64,000 bases of DNA from Acidimicrobiia bacterium (lineage in GTDB: Bacteria; Actinomycetota; Acidimicrobiia; Acidimicrobiales; CADCSY01): positions 3,248 through 67,247 of the forward strand of contig JBFWQW010000004.1 of the NCBI GenBank assembly GCA_050249235.1, in the 5' to 3' direction. Both the position numbers and the translations under genes were made by a program. Below the pieces are notes generated by a model. That model saw only the letters and a list, made by a program, of their open reading frames with translations. It searched no databases and was not told where the DNA came from. Positions 55,136 through 64,000 of the stretch are shown here, piece after piece. Positions within the stretch are counted from its first letter, which is position 1. Every line of letters begins with the position of its first letter.

Positions 55136-56295
55136 TCGACGAGGGGGAGGTCGAGACCCGGCTGGCGTCGTGCCTCGAGCGGCGGGACGAGCACACCAGG
55201 GTCACGACCCTCGGCGCCGGCGGCTACGACGTCGAGGCCGGCCGCCGATACCTGGCCGCCGTGGTCGACGACGGCCTGGCGGTGCCGGCCTGGCCGGTCG
55301 AGCACGGCGGGCGGGCTGCCGGCCCCGACGAGGTGGCGGCGGTGAAGCAGGTCCACCAGGCGTTCGCGGTGCCCGACCTCTATCCCTTCCGGGTGGGGCT
55401 GCACATGGTGGGACCAACGTTGCTCGAGCACGGCACCGACGACCAGCGCGATCGCTGGCTCCGGCCCATCGCGTCGGGCCGGGAGATCTGGTGCCAGCTC
55501 TTCTCCGAGCCCGACGCCGGCTCCGACCTGGCCAACGTGTCGACGCTGGCCACCCGGCTCGACGGTGGCTGGCGGCTCGACGGCCAGAAGGTGTGGACGA
55601 GCCGTGGTGCCTATGCCGACCGGGGCATCTGCCTGGCCCGCCACGACGCCGAGGTGCCGAAGCACGCCGGGCTCACCATGTTCGCGGTGCGGATGGACGC
55701 CCCCGGCGTGGAGGTGCGGCCGCTCCGGCAGATGAACGGCGACACCCACTTCAGCGAGGTGTTCCTCGCCGGGGCCGAGGTGGACGACGCCGACCGCATC
55801 GGCGAGGTGGGCGGGGGCTGGAAGGTCACCACCACCCTCCTCGCCCACGAGCGGGCCGCCGCCGACCGCAGCGCGCCGCGGGCCGTCGGCGACAGCGCCC
55901 TGCCGGTGTGGCTGGCCGGGCTGGGCGCCACCGAGCGGTGGCGGGCCGATGCCGTCCTGCGCGACCGGGCCATGGCGCTCTTCGCCTACGAGGAGTCGAT
56001 CCGCTTCACCCAGCTGCGGGCCGCGGCCAGCGGGGCCGGGGGCTCGGGGCTCAAGCTCCACGGGGCGGCATCGTTCAAGCGGCGGGCCGAGCTCGTGCTC
56101 GACGCCCTCGGGCCGCACGGGATGCTGGCCGACGTCGACGCGGCGGTGGACTTCCTGACCGCCCCGTCCATGTCGATCCGGGGCGGCACCGACGAGATCC
56201 AGCGCAACGTGGTGGGGGAGCGGGTGCTCGGCCTGCCGACCGAGCCCCGCATCGACCGGGACGTGCCGTGGTCGCGGTCCCGCCGGGGCCTCTGA
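55132..56295 (+). CDS. acyl-CoA dehydrogenase
   Basis: WCQLFSEPDAGSDLAN, GWRLDGQKVWTSRG and RGGTDEIQRNVVGERVLGLP are ACAD motifs. The GTG overlaps the upstream stop (GTGA). Confidence 0.85.
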   Translation: MIDEGEVETRLASCLERRDEHTRVTTLGAGGYDVEAGRRYLAAVVDDGLAVPAWPVEHGGRAAGPDEVAAVKQVHQAFAVPDLYPFRVGLHMVGPTLLEHGTDDQRDRWLRPIASGREIWCQLFSEPDAGSDLANVSTLATRLDGGWRLDGQKVWTSRGAYADRGICLARHDAEVPKHAGLTMFAVRMDAPGVEVRPLRQMNGDTHFSEVFLAGAEVDDADRIGEVGGGWKVTTTLLAHERAAADRSAPRAVGDSALPVWLAGLGATERWRADAVLRDRAMALFAYEESIRFTQLRAAASGAGGSGLKLHGAASFKRRAELVLDALGPHGMLADVDAAVDFLTAPSMSIRGGTDEIQRNVVGERVLGLPTEPRIDRDVPWSRSRRGL

Positions 56296-56338
56296 GCGCG
56301 ACCTCACTACGCTCGCCCGGACGGCAGGAGGAGGCGAC

Positions 56339-57520
56339 GTGAGCGACGTGGTCGTGGTGGGCGCGGTGCGGTCGGCGATCGGGAGGCGGAACGGGGCCCT
56401 GGCCCACACCTACGCCACCGAGCTGCTCGGCGACGTGCTGGCCGGGTTGGTCGAGCGCACGGGCATCGACCCGGGCGCGGTCGGCCACGTGCTCGGCGGG
56501 TGCGTGAACCAGCTCGGGATGCAGGCGTCGAACGTGACCCGCAACGCCTGGCTCGGCGCCGGCCTCCCCCTCGAGGTCCCAGCGGTCACGGTGAACACGC
56601 AGTGCGGCTCGTCGCAGGAGGCCACCACCCTGGCCCACGCCCTGCTCGGCGCCGGGCTGGTCGACGTGGCCATCGCCTGCGGCGTCGAGGCCATGAGCCA
56701 GGTGCCGATGGGCTCGACGGCGCCGTCCGAGCCCGACTACGGCCAACCCCGGGGCGGCCGGTACGCCACGGTCTACGAGCCCACCACCCAGTTCGAGGGT
56801 GCCGAGCGGATCGCCGAGACGTGGCAGCTCACCCGCGACGAGCTCGACGGGTTCGGGAAGCGCTCGCAGGACCTGGCCGCGTCGGCCTGGGAAGCGGGCC
56901 GGTTCGACGACCAGATCCTCGGCCTCGACGTGGCCGTCACCGACGACCGCGGCGACGTAGTCGGCACCAAGCGCTTCGACCGCGACGAGGGCCTGCGGGC
57001 CACCACGCTGGAGGGCCTGTCCGGCCTCAAGACCAACCTGCGGGACCGCGACCCCGCCTTCCACACCGCCGGCACGTCGTCGCAGATCTCCGACGGCGCC
57101 AGCGCGGTGCTGCTCACGACGGCCGAGCGGGCCGACCAGCTCGGGCTGCGGCCCCGGGCCCGGATCGTGGCGTCGGTGCTGGCCGGCAGCGACCCGGTCC
57201 ACATGCTCACCGGCCCCATCCCGGCCACGGCCCAGCTGCTCGAGCGGTCCGGTCTCGCCCTCGACGACATCGACCTGTTCGAGGTGAACGAGGCCTTCGC
57301 CTCGGTGGTGCTGGCCTGGCGCAAGGAGACCGGCGCCGACCCCGACAAGGTGAACGTGAACGGCGGCGCCATCGCCCTCGGCCACCCCCTCGGCGCCACC
57401 GGCACCGTCCTGCTCACCAAGGCCCTCCACGAGCTGGAGCGCCGCCAGGGCCGCTACGCCCTCGTGACGATGTGCTGCGGCGGCGGCCTCGGCACCGGCA
57501 CCATCCTCGAGCGCCTCTGA
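56339..57520 (+). CDS. acetyl-CoA C-acyltransferase (thiolase)
   Basis: VNTQCGSSQEA (active-site Cys), NVNGGAIALGHPLGATG and TMCCGGGLGTGTILE are thiolase signatures. GGAGGAGG lies upstream of the GTG. Confidence 0.95.
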   Translation: MSDVVVVGAVRSAIGRRNGALAHTYATELLGDVLAGLVERTGIDPGAVGHVLGGCVNQLGMQASNVTRNAWLGAGLPLEVPAVTVNTQCGSSQEATTLAHALLGAGLVDVAIACGVEAMSQVPMGSTAPSEPDYGQPRGGRYATVYEPTTQFEGAERIAETWQLTRDELDGFGKRSQDLAASAWEAGRFDDQILGLDVAVTDDRGDVVGTKRFDRDEGLRATTLEGLSGLKTNLRDRDPAFHTAGTSSQISDGASAVLLTTAERADQLGLRPRARIVASVLAGSDPVHMLTGPIPATAQLLERSGLALDDIDLFEVNEAFASVVLAWRKETGADPDKVNVNGGAIALGHPLGATGTVLLTKALHELERRQGRYALVTMCCGGGLGTGTILERL

Positions 57521-57527
57521 CCTTCGT

Positions 57528-57572
57528 TCCGGGTTCACGGATCCACGCACGTGTAGGAGCCATGAACCCGGA
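57528..57572. terminator. stem-loop between convergent thiolase and acyl-CoA ligase genes
   Basis: TCCGGGTTCA (57528-57537) pairs with TGAACCCGGA (57563-57572); the loop is 25 nt. Confidence 0.4.
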
Positions 57573-57595
57573 GCCAGGTCGGTCCGACGACCGGC

Positions 57596-59005
57596 TCACG
57601 GCATCGGCAGGTCCCGCCGCTGGATCTTGCCGTTGGGGTTGCGGGGGATGGCGGGCACGGCGGTCCAGACGGTGGGGACCTTGAAGCCGGCCAGGTGCGT
57701 GCGGGTCCAGCTGCGGAGCTCGGCCTCGTCGAGGGTGCCGTCGGCAGTGACGACCCAGGCGCCGACGGTCTGGCCGAGGCGGTCGTCGGGCACGGCGGCC
57801 ACGGCCACGTCGAGCACGGCCGGGTGGCGGCCGAGGACGGCCTCGACCTCGAGGGGGTGGACGTTCTCGCCGCCCCGCACGATCACGTCGCCGGCCCGGC
57901 CGGTGAGGAAGAGGTAGCCGTCGTCGAGGGTGCCGAGGTCGCCGGTGCGCAGCCAGCCGTCGGGGCCGGGACGGAAGAGGTGGTCGGCCCGGGCCAAGAC
58001 CTCACCGGCCTCGATGCGCAGCTCGACGCCCGGCGCGGCCCGCCCCGCGGCCCGCAGCAGGTCGGGGCGGTCGGCGACCCCACGGCGGTGGTCGGCCGCC
58101 GACAGGGAGGCGATCGGGCTCCCCTCCGTCTGGCCGTAGAGCGCTACCACTTCGAGCGCCGTCTCCTGGGCCAGGAGGGCGGCCAGCGTGGCCGGCCGGA
58201 TCGGGGCGCCGCCGTACTGCAGCAGCCGCATCGACGGGAGCCGCAGCCGGCCCCGCCCGAGCATGTCCTCGATCATCGTGGGCACGACGGAGCCGTGGGT
58301 GGGAGCCAGCGGGGCCAGGGCGGCCCAGGCCTCGTCGCGGTAGCGGGGGAGCGGGATCACGGCCGCACCGGCGGCGAGGGCGGCCAGGGTGAGGCCGAGG
58401 CCGCCGATGTGGTGGATGCCCTTGGCGGTGACGTAGCGGTCGCCGGGGCCGAGGTCGAGGAGCCCGGCGACGACGGGGGTGCGGGCGGCCAGGGGGGCGT
58501 GGCGGACGTCGACCCGCTTCGGCACGCCGGCCGTGCCCGACGTGTGCAGCACCACCGCCACCTCGCCGGGCGACGCCGGACCGGGCTCGGCCTCGACGAG
58601 GGGGCCCAGCACGGCCAGCCGGTGCCCGGAGGCGTCGGCCACCGCTGCCCCGACCGCAGCCGACGGCCCGTCGGCGACCAGCACCGACCCGCCGGCGGAG
58701 CGGACGGCCGCCTCCAGCTCGCCGGGCGTGAGGAGGGGGCCGAGCGGCGCGATCGGTCGGCCCGACGCGGCGCCGGCCACCACGAGGGCCAGGGCCGACG
58801 GCGACGCCCAGAGGATCGCCGGCACGGTCTGGCCGGGTGCCACCCCGAGCGCGTCGAGCCAGGCGCTGGCCCCGGCCGCCCGGGCCAGGAGCTCCTCCGT
58901 GGTCCAGGCGGCGCCGGCGTCGACGACGGCCAGGTCGCCGGCCGGCCGGGCCGCCAGCTGGTCGAGCCAGGCCGAGCCGCTCGGGCCGTGCGCGCCGTCC
59001 GCCAT
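57596..59005 (-). CDS. AMP-dependent acyl-CoA synthetase/ligase
   Basis: 469 aa from MADGAHG. LHTSGTAGVPKRV (AMP-binding motif I), YGQTEG, TGDLG...DGYLFLTGRAGDVI and GKIQRR are present. The upstream part of the ORF is artefact. Confidence 0.85.
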   Translation of the reverse strand: MADGAHGPSGSAWLDQLAARPAGDLAVVDAGAAWTTEELLARAAGASAWLDALGVAPGQTVPAILWASPSALALVVAGAASGRPIAPLGPLLTPGELEAAVRSAGGSVLVADGPSAAVGAAVADASGHRLAVLGPLVEAEPGPASPGEVAVVLHTSGTAGVPKRVDVRHAPLAARTPVVAGLLDLGPGDRYVTAKGIHHIGGLGLTLAALAAGAAVIPLPRYRDEAWAALAPLAPTHGSVVPTMIEDMLGRGRLRLPSMRLLQYGGAPIRPATLAALLAQETALEVVALYGQTEGSPIASLSAADHRRGVADRPDLLRAAGRAAPGVELRIEAGEVLARADHLFRPGPDGWLRTGDLGTLDDGYLFLTGRAGDVIVRGGENVHPLEVEAVLGRHPAVLDVAVAAVPDDRLGQTVGAWVVTADGTLDEAELRSWTRTHLAGFKVPTVWTAVPAIPRNPNGKIQRRDLPMP

Positions 59006-59007
59006 CG

Positions 59008-60153
59008 TCAGGGCCGGGGGAGGCCGAGGCCCCGCTGGCCGACGATGTTGCGCTGCATCTCGCTCGAGCCGGCATAGATCGTGCGCACCACCGACTGGCG
59101 GAAGGTGTGCTCCAGGTCGCCGTCGGCCACCGCCCCGGGCTGGCCGGCCCGGAGCAGCGCCTCGGGGCCGACGACGTCGACGAGCTGGCCGGCGGCCCGC
59201 ACGAGGGCCTCGCTCGAGAACAGCTTCGCCATCGACGCCTCGACGTCGGAGATGCGGCCGGACTCTGCCACCCAGGCGCTGTGCTGGCCGAGCAGCATGC
59301 CCACCTCGGCGTCGGTGGCGGCCCGGGCCAGGCGCTCGGCGACCGCCGGCTCGTCGATCCGCCCTGTCGAGGCCGCCCAGGCGCCGGCCTGCTGCACGAG
59401 GCGGGCCAGCTGGGCACCCCAGTTCGTGCCGTGCTCGTAGCTCAGGCCCACCCGCATGACGTCCCAGCCGCCGTCGACCTCCCCGATGCGCATCGAGTCG
59501 GGCACGCGGACGTCGGTGTAGAAGGTGACGTTCGTCCGCTCGCCGCCGAGGGTGTGGACCGGCTGGACCTCGAAGCCGGGGGCGGCGGTGTCGACGAGGA
59601 ACATCGTGAGGCCCTGGTGCTTCGGGACCTCGGAGTTCGTGCGGGCCAGCAGGAAGACGTAGCTGGCGATGTGGGCCATCGTCGTGAACATCTTCTGGCC
59701 GTTGACGATCCACTCGTCGCCGTCCCGCACCGCCCTCGTCTTCGCCGCGGCAACGTCCGACCCGGCGTCGGGCTCCGACCAGCCGAGCGAGAGCAGGATC
59801 TCGCCGCCGAGCACCCGGGGGATCACGAGCTGCTGTTGCGCCTCGCTGCCGACGTGGCGGATGGCGTTGGTGGCCGTCATGGTGAGGCTCATGCCGTCGC
59901 GGGGAGCGCCGGCGAGGAAGAGCTCCTCCTCGAGCACGTTCATCTCCCACGGCCCCCAGCCGCGGCCGCCGTACGCCTCCGGCCAGGCCGCCGCGATCCA
60001 GCCCCGCTCGGCCATGGCCCGGTGCAGGCCCCAGTCGTGCTGCGTGCCGGTGGCCTCCACCCGGGCCTTCATCTCGTCGTCAACGTGGTCGGCGAGGAAG
60101 GCCCGCACCTCGGCCCGGAAGGCCTCGGCCCGATCGCTGGAGGAGAAGTTCAC
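59008..60153 (-). CDS. acyl-CoA dehydrogenase (alpha-type subunit)
   Basis: 381 aa. LGWSEPDAGSDVAA, DGDEWIVNGQKMFTT and YAGSSEMQRNIVGQRGLGLP are ACAD motifs. The GTG overlaps the upstream ACAD stop (GTGA at 60150-60153). Confidence 0.9.
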   Translation of the reverse strand: MNFSSSDRAEAFRAEVRAFLADHVDDEMKARVEATGTQHDWGLHRAMAERGWIAAAWPEAYGGRGWGPWEMNVLEEELFLAGAPRDGMSLTMTATNAIRHVGSEAQQQLVIPRVLGGEILLSLGWSEPDAGSDVAAAKTRAVRDGDEWIVNGQKMFTTMAHIASYVFLLARTNSEVPKHQGLTMFLVDTAAPGFEVQPVHTLGGERTNVTFYTDVRVPDSMRIGEVDGGWDVMRVGLSYEHGTNWGAQLARLVQQAGAWAASTGRIDEPAVAERLARAATDAEVGMLLGQHSAWVAESGRISDVEASMAKLFSSEALVRAAGQLVDVVGPEALLRAGQPGAVADGDLEHTFRQSVVRTIYAGSSEMQRNIVGQRGLGLPRP

Positions 60154-61148
60154 CGGACCGCCCCGAAGAGCTGCCGGCCGAGCTCGGCGTAGCCGGACCT
60201 CGGGTCGCCGCCGACGACCGACCAGAGCTTGGCCCGGCGGAGGAAGAGTTGGATGTCGTACTCGAGCATGAAGCCGTAGCCGCCGTGGAAGTGGAGGCTG
60301 TTCCCGGCCACCCGGTTGGCCACCTCGCCGGCCCAAAGGTGGGCCATCGCCGCCAGCCGGGGGCCGTCGGCGGGCTGCTCGTCGAGGGCCCAGGCCGCCT
60401 TGCGGGTGAGCAGCTGGAGGCCCTGGACGTCGGTGGCGTCGTCGGCCAGGCGGTGGGCGATCGACTGGAAGGCGGCGATGGGCTTGCCGAACTGCTCCCG
60501 CTGCTTCGTGTAGGCGACGCCGATCTCGAGGGCGGCGGCGGCCAGGCCGGCGAGCAGCGAAGCCGTGAGCGACCGCCACTCGTCCAGCGCCGCGGCCTGC
60601 AGGCGGCGGGCCGCCGCGCCGGTGGCGAGCACCGTTCGCGGTCCGTCCAGGGCCACGTCGGCCAGGGGAGCCGAGGCGGTGTTGCCCAGCGCGGCCCCGC
60701 CGCCCGGCACCACCACCAGCTCGTCGCCGTCGAGCACGACCACCGAGGCGGCCACGGCGCCGGCCGGCACCAGGCGGGCGACGCCGGCCACCGGAGGTCG
60801 GACGGCGAACGTGACGATCTCGCCGGCGTTGGCCCGCTCGACCCGCTCGGCCGCGCCGGCGGCCGCCAGCAGGCGGGTGGCCACGATCGCCTCGACGTAG
60901 GGGAGGGGTGCGAGCTGGCGGCCGACCTGCTCGCCGACCAGGGCGAGGTCGAGCAGGGTCGCCCCGCCGCCGGCCGCCTCGGGCGCCCCCATCATCGGCA
61001 CGCCGAGGTCGACGACCATGGCCCAGAGGGCGGGGTCGTGGCCGAGCGGCTCGGCCGCCCGGACGACCGCCGGAGTGGACTCCTTGGCGAGGAACCCGCC
61101 GAACGCGTCGACCAGGGCGCGCTGGTCGTCGGTCGGGGTGAGATCCAT
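60150..61148 (-). CDS. acyl-CoA dehydrogenase family protein (short, beta-type partner subunit)
   Basis: 332 aa. DLTPTDDQRALVDAFGGFL and REQFGKPIAAFQSIAHRLAD...LHFHGGYGFMLEYDIQLFLRRAK are present, but there is no SEPxxGSD loop as in the partner. Confidence 0.8.
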   Translation of the reverse strand: MDLTPTDDQRALVDAFGGFLAKESTPAVVRAAEPLGHDPALWAMVVDLGVPMMGAPEAAGGGATLLDLALVGEQVGRQLAPLPYVEAIVATRLLAAAGAAERVERANAGEIVTFAVRPPVAGVARLVPAGAVAASVVVLDGDELVVVPGGGAALGNTASAPLADVALDGPRTVLATGAAARRLQAAALDEWRSLTASLLAGLAAAALEIGVAYTKQREQFGKPIAAFQSIAHRLADDATDVQGLQLLTRKAAWALDEQPADGPRLAAMAHLWAGEVANRVAGNSLHFHGGYGFMLEYDIQLFLRRAKLWSVVGGDPRSGYAELGRQLFGAVR

Positions 61149-61209
61149 GCGGTGGTCCTCCAGGGGTGGCGCCGGCCGCGAGCGTAGGTGCCGGGTAGCG
61201 TCCGCGGCC

Positions 61210-62250
61210 GTGCGAGCGGCGGTCTACCACGGTGTCGGCGACGTGCGGCTCGAGGACGTCGAGGAGCCCGAGGTCGGCCCCGGCGAGGTGAAGCTGGCGG
61301 TGGTCCTCAACGGCCTCTGCGGCACCGACCTCCACGAGGTCTTCGACTCGCAGCGGGCGGTGCCGTCGTCGCCGCACCCCCTCACCGGCGTCACCGCCCC
61401 CGTGATCCTGGGCCACGAGATCGGTGGCACGGTGGTCGAGGTCGGCGCGGGCGTGGACGACCTCGAGATCGGCGCCCTCGTCGCCGTCGAGCCGCTGCAC
61501 CGGTGCGGCGCCTGCCCGTCGTGCGACGCGGGCGACGTGAACCTCTGCGACCGGCTCGCCTTCCACGGCCTGTCGACCCGGGGCGGGGGGCTGGCCGAGC
61601 GGACCGTGGTCCGGCGGGAGATGGTGCACCTGGCCCCGGCCGGCGTGACGGGGGAGGGAGCGGCGATGGCCGAGCCGCTGTCGGTCGCCTGGCACGCCGT
61701 CGACCGGACCGGCGCCCGGTCCGGGCAGGCCGCGGCGGTGCTCGGCGGCGGCCCGATCGGCATCGGCATCCTGCTCACCCTCCGGCTGCGGGGCGTCGAC
61801 GCCTTCGTGGTCGAGCCCTCGCCCGACCGGCGGGCCGCGGTCGCCGCCCTCGGAGCCACCGCCCTCGACCCGGCCGACGGTCCCGTCCCCGAGCAGCTGC
61901 GGGCCTTCACCGGCGGCCGGGGCGTCGACGTCTGCTTCGAGACGTCGGCGGTGGTCGCCTCGCTCGAGAACGCCCTCGGCGCCACCGCCAAGCACGGCGT
62001 CGTGATGCTGCTGGCCTCGCCCCGCCAGCCGCTGCCGGCCGTGCTCGGCCTGGCCCTGGCCAAGGAGCTCGACCTCCGCACGACCTACGCCTACCGGGGG
62101 GAGTTCCCGGCCGTCCTCGAAGCCATCGCCGCCGGGGGCTTCCCGTTCGACGGCTGGGTCACCACCATGCCGCTCAGCCGCATCGACGAGGCCCTCGCCG
62201 GCATGCGGGCCGGCCACCTCCTCAAGGTCCTCGTCGACCCGACCGCCTGA
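61210..62250 (+). CDS. zinc-dependent alcohol dehydrogenase (MDR family)
   Basis: VRAAVYHG...CGTDLHE, GHEIGGTVVEVG, CGACPSCDAGDVNLC (structural Zn) and LGGGPIGIG (Rossmann) are present. I chose the GTG at 61210. Confidence 0.9.
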   Translation: MRAAVYHGVGDVRLEDVEEPEVGPGEVKLAVVLNGLCGTDLHEVFDSQRAVPSSPHPLTGVTAPVILGHEIGGTVVEVGAGVDDLEIGALVAVEPLHRCGACPSCDAGDVNLCDRLAFHGLSTRGGGLAERTVVRREMVHLAPAGVTGEGAAMAEPLSVAWHAVDRTGARSGQAAAVLGGGPIGIGILLTLRLRGVDAFVVEPSPDRRAAVAALGATALDPADGPVPEQLRAFTGGRGVDVCFETSAVVASLENALGATAKHGVVMLLASPRQPLPAVLGLALAKELDLRTTYAYRGEFPAVLEAIAAGGFPFDGWVTTMPLSRIDEALAGMRAGHLLKVLVDPTA

Positions 62251-62375
62251 CGAGCGCCCGCCGCTCCGTGCGACGCCGGCGACCCCGAGGCGGCGACCAT
62301 CCACGAACGGGGCGGGAGCTAGCCTCAACGGCGTTCAGAGGCGGGGGCCGGGCGGCCTGCCGTCGGGAGGAGCCC

Positions 62376-63179
62376 GTGCAGGTCCGCCAGCCCGACTTCG
62401 ACTTCACCGGCATCGATCCCGTCTGGGCCGACGACCCCGTCGCCGTGCACGGGATCAACGCCCAGGGCCTGGTGCCGGCCTACATCGAGCCCTTCCTCAT
62501 CAAGGTCATGCGCCGGGCCAAGGCCGAGCTCGACCCCGTCCGGCACGCCGACCTCCTCGCCGACCTCGACGTCTTCAACAAGCAGGAGGCCCAGCACTTC
62601 AAGTTCCACGTCGCCCTCAACCGGTGGATCCGGGAGGGCGGCTACCCGGGCATGGCCGAGATCGAGCGCCGCTACGAGGCCGAGTACGAGGCCATGCTGG
62701 CCGAGCGGCCCCTCGACTGGCTCCTCGCCTACTGCGAGGGCTTCGAGTCGATGGGGCTGGCCGCGTCGCACGGCTGGGTCGACGGCGCCACCTCGGCCGG
62801 GCTGGCGGGCGCCGACCCCCGCCCGATCGCCCTCTGGGAGTGGCACCTGGCCGAGGAGTACGAGCACCGCACGGTCGCCTTCCGGGTGCTGAAGGCGCTC
62901 TACGGCCGCAACCCGATCCGGTTCTACCGGCTGCGGCTCAGCGGCCTGCTCCACGCCGCCCGGCACATCGGCGCCAACGTCGGCGCCCTCCAGTCCTACC
63001 TGGTGCGGACGCATCGCGAGCTGGCCGGTGGGGAGGCGCCGCCCCCGCCGCCGAAGGCCGGCCGGGGGTCGCAGCTCGGCCTGCTGCGCCGCTTCGTGCC
63101 GGTGCTGTCGCCCTTCTACGACCCGGCCAGGGTGCCGCCCCCGGCCCGCCTCGGGACGGTGCTCGGTCGGACCGCCTAG
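62376..63179 (+). CDS. predicted metal-dependent hydrolase (PF10118-like)
   Basis: 267 aa; the GTG is preceded by GGGAGGAG. QEAQHFKFH and HLAEEYEHRTVAF are His/Glu-rich motifs reminiscent of that family. This assignment is tentative. Confidence 0.65.
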   Translation: MQVRQPDFDFTGIDPVWADDPVAVHGINAQGLVPAYIEPFLIKVMRRAKAELDPVRHADLLADLDVFNKQEAQHFKFHVALNRWIREGGYPGMAEIERRYEAEYEAMLAERPLDWLLAYCEGFESMGLAASHGWVDGATSAGLAGADPRPIALWEWHLAEEYEHRTVAFRVLKALYGRNPIRFYRLRLSGLLHAARHIGANVGALQSYLVRTHRELAGGEAPPPPPKAGRGSQLGLLRRFVPVLSPFYDPARVPPPARLGTVLGRTA

Positions 63180-63292
63180 CTGGTCGACCCCCCCTTTGCT
63201 GAACTGGGTGCCACTGAAGCCCTGCCGCGGCACGGGCGGCACCCAGCTCGCCGGCGTCTCGGGTCACCCGTGGGCGGTCGGCCGCGAGACCC

Positions 63293-63742
63293 TCAGTCGA
63301 CGACGCCGGGGGGGAGGGTGAGGCCGTCGGCGGCCAGCGCTTCCTGGACGTCGACCAGCGTGCTGGCCGCGTCCTGGTACTTGGCCAGGCTCCCGTCCGG
63401 GCCATACCAGAGGAACCCGCCGTAGCTGGTGAACATGGCCAGCGTCTCCTCCACCGCGAGGAGGGTGTGGACGGTGCCGGGCGGCTCGTGCACGTAGTCG
63501 CCGGCGCAGGACTCCCAGTCGTACTCGAGGTAGCGCCAGCGGCCCTCGAACGTCCAGGCGTCGACGGCGCCGGTGTGGAGGTGGGTGGGCAGCTGCGTGC
63601 TGGCCGGCCAGCGGATGAGGTTGGTGAAGGAGTTCTCCGTGGTCGAGACCCGGAGCAGCTTCATCATCGTCGTGCCCCAGGGCCGCTCGAGGCGTGCCCA
63701 CGGGACGTCGTCGGGGTGGACGTGGTAGGTGGCCGTGCCCAT
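63293..63742 (-). CDS. cupin-domain protein (2,4'-dihydroxyacetophenone dioxygenase-like)
   Basis: 149 aa. QLPTHLHTGAVDAWTFEGRW...GDYVHEPPGTVHTL gives the two cupin His-containing motifs. Confidence 0.7.
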   Translation of the reverse strand: MGTATYHVHPDDVPWARLERPWGTTMMKLLRVSTTENSFTNLIRWPASTQLPTHLHTGAVDAWTFEGRWRYLEYDWESCAGDYVHEPPGTVHTLLAVEETLAMFTSYGGFLWYGPDGSLAKYQDAASTLVDVQEALAADGLTLPPGVVD

Positions 63743-63802
63743 CGGCGCACTCTACGACCGGGTCAACGGCAGCGCCGGGGCGCCGTCGGCTAGGAACGGG
63801 GC

Positions 63803-64000
63803 ATGGGCGCCTTCGACGGCCGGCGGGCGGTGGTGACGGGCGGGACCGGTGGCATCGGCCTGGCCGTGACGGCGACGCTGCTGGCCGAGGGTGCCTCGGT
63901 GGTCGCCACCGGGGCGGTGCCGGCGGAGCTCGACCGGGCGGCCGCCGATCCGGCCACCTCCGGGGCCGACCTGCGGCTCCTCGACGTCACCGACGGCGAC
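63803..64000 (+). CDS. SDR family oxidoreductase (3' end outside window)
   Basis: MGAFDGRRAVVTGGTGGIGLAV... is a classic SDR TGxxxGxG N-terminus. It is open to the window edge and absent from the track because it has no stop in the window. Confidence 0.8.
   Translation, partial: MGAFDGRRAVVTGGTGGIGLAVTATLLAEGASVVATGAVPAELDRAAADPATSGADLRLLDVTDGD

Noticed and set aside
59008-62328. 1106-aa minus-strand ORF
   Set aside because: Only the C-terminal 381 aa are ACAD-like. The upstream part is antisense to the Zn-ADH gene and out of frame with the 60150-61148 ACAD.
63786-63802. GTCGGCTAGGAACGGGG resembling the inverted-repeat family arm
   Set aside because: It matches only 14 of 17 positions, has no partner arm, and overlaps the AGGA ribosome-binding region of the SDR gene. 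It is probably coincidental.

Overview
Very high-G+C chromosomal segment (over 70% by eye, not computed), typical of Actinomycetota and possibly Acidimicrobiia-like. It is densely coding, with about 57 protein genes called. I found no rRNA or tRNA, no CRISPR array, and no transposase, integrase, phage or recognisable defence genes. Left to right: (1) the 3' part of a heme-copper oxidase locus: subunit I/III fusion, small membrane ORF, CtaG; (2) a Ca/Na-exchanger-type protein and a LapA-like protein; (3) an operon of two acyl-CoA dehydrogenases (ACADs) plus a VOC-fold protein; (4) an SH3b lipoprotein; (5) an envelope-glycan gene chain: GT-C-like membrane protein, two GT2, a Gfo/Idh/MocA oxidoreductase and an AlkP-family enzyme. 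Its first gene appears translationally coupled to the ATPase of a divergently arranged Fe(3+)-type ABC importer; (6) an AI-2E transporter, a repeat-rich 336-bp spacer and two divergent lipoproteins; (7) a persulfide-type operon with a CsoR/CstR-family regulator: regulator, MMPL transporter, persulfide dioxygenase (PDO)-rhodanese fusion, TauE, with a perfect palindromic operator; (8) katG and a CNNM/CorC-type protein; (9) a cobalamin riboswitch followed by an 11-gene, ~13.6-kb chain: cbtB, cbtA, cobQ, FhuF-like Fe-S protein, cobN, ChlI/ChlD fusion, BtuFCD-like importer, cobO, cobB; (10) an amidohydrolase, then a trio of LLM oxidoreductase, Trp-rich unknown protein and APH-like kinase; (11) a lipid/steroid-type beta-oxidation block: epoxide hydrolase, MFE-2-like SDR, MaoC, two enoyl-CoA hydratases, ACADs, thiolase, acyl-CoA ligase, Zn-ADH. 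The items most worth a second look are the MMPL gene embedded in the cst-like sulfur operon, the glycan chain coupled to an iron-ABC ATPase, a recurrent intergenic inverted-repeat family (CCGTTCTCTGTCGAC type), a 16-bp x4 tandem repeat, a 92-nt T-free C-rich tract inside the cob operon, and an unannotated island of coding potential with Cys-rich small ORFs at 22.3-22.6 kb. All functional calls rest on motif recognition by eye; no database search was run.
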